Source: a virus
Taxonomy: Duplodnaviria; Caudoviricetes
Virus record (IMG/VR): IMGVR_UViG_3300038809_000041
Span: 1-24,370 of that record
Length of the DNA stretch: 24,370 bases
Direction: 5' to 3' (one strand)
The notes under the pieces were generated by a model, which saw only the letters and a list, made by a program, of their open reading frames with translations, was not told the DNA's origin and ran no database searches. Position numbers and translations under genes: made by a program. Positions 23,800 through 24,370 of the stretch are shown here, piece after piece. Within the stretch, counting starts at the first letter, position 1. Every line of letters begins with the position of its first letter.

Positions 23800-24096
23800 A
23801 TGCACTTCCTCATCACGCCGCGCCGCCGCCTCGGTGTCGCGCTCACCAAGCAAGAAATCAGCGCCGCGACTGCCGTCAAGGGCGACGTCCATATAAATGA
23901 AGACCGCAACAGCGTGCTCGGCCGCGCGACGATGGTGGCCAGCGTGTTCAATACGGCACCTGGTGGTCCTCACGCGCTGCCGCCTTTATTCGATGCCGAC
24001 GTTACCAGCATGGCAACCCTGGGCATGAATATCTCTGGCGTGGAGGAAGTCGACGGGGCGTTCTACTTCCAATCGTGGTGGTGCCGCATTGAGTGA
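23800..24096 (+). CDS. Hypothetical protein downstream of the LexA box, 98 aa
   Basis: ATG 15 bp after the LexA box; ends in SGVEEVDGAFYFQSWWCR. RBS is weak. Confidence 0.65.
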   Translation: MHFLITPRRRLGVALTKQEISAATAVKGDVHINEDRNSVLGRATMVASVFNTAPGGPHALPPLFDADVTSMATLGMNISGVEEVDGAFYFQSWWCRIE

Positions 24097-24370
24097 TAAC
24101 CCGCTGGCAGACTGGCGCGCGGCGATCAAAGCGCGCGACGACCTGATCACCGATCCGGAAGGCCACCGTGCAAAGCTGGTCGGACTGGCGATGCTCGCCG
24201 GCCGGATGCGCCAGGTCGGTGAAGAGGAATTGAACGAAATGCTCGAGCTTTCCGACGCCGCGCGACTCTGGGCGCTGGTTGAATGGGAAGAGGCTGAGCG
24301 GATCGGTCTGTTCTCTGGCGGAGCGCCAGACCGGGCCGATGGCTTGCAGGTTATAAAAGGGAGAGGGTGA
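24089..24370 (+). CDS. Hypothetical helical protein, 93 aa
   Basis: TTG start overlapping the upstream stop region; ELNEMLELSDAA helical motif; TGA at the window end. Confidence 0.6.
   Translation: MSDNPLADWRAAIKARDDLITDPEGHRAKLVGLAMLAGRMRQVGEEELNEMLELSDAARLWALVEWEEAERIGLFSGGAPDRADGLQVIKGRG

Noticed and set aside
1-24370. CRISPR array, IS element, or tailocin interpretation
   Set aside because: No spaced repeats or transposase were seen. Complete head and packaging genes indicate a prophage, not a tailocin.

Overview
Late region of a temperate siphovirus-type prophage, probably in Pseudomonas (inferred from GC-rich codon usage and gene families). Almost everything is on the + strand. Order: 3' end of ninG/rap; a Q-position regulator; a pR'/tR'-like promoter and terminator; two membrane proteins (holin module); small and large terminase; DUF4055-type portal; minor head protein; scaffold; SETP3/Jersey-like capsid; neck genes; two paralogous tail-tube genes; a tail chaperone with a -1 frameshift; a lipoprotein moron; a 1927-aa tape measure protein; one tail-tip gene; a BNR-propeller fibre; DUF4376- and DUF1353-like genes; endolysin; an antisense DUF1652-like moron; nested Rz/Rz1 spanins; and a LexA-boxed two-gene operon. 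The most notable points are: (1) a tail module with a duplicated tube gene, a much extended TMP and no recognisable hub/Tal/gpJ gene; (2) a collar domain split by a propeller insertion; (3) a perfect 8-bp tandem repeat in the late promoter spacer (candidate Q-binding element); (4) a GTAACCA repeat cluster in terS (candidate pac site); (5) the SOS-controlled operon of unknown function. All family assignments come from motifs and synteny recognised by eye; no database search was run.
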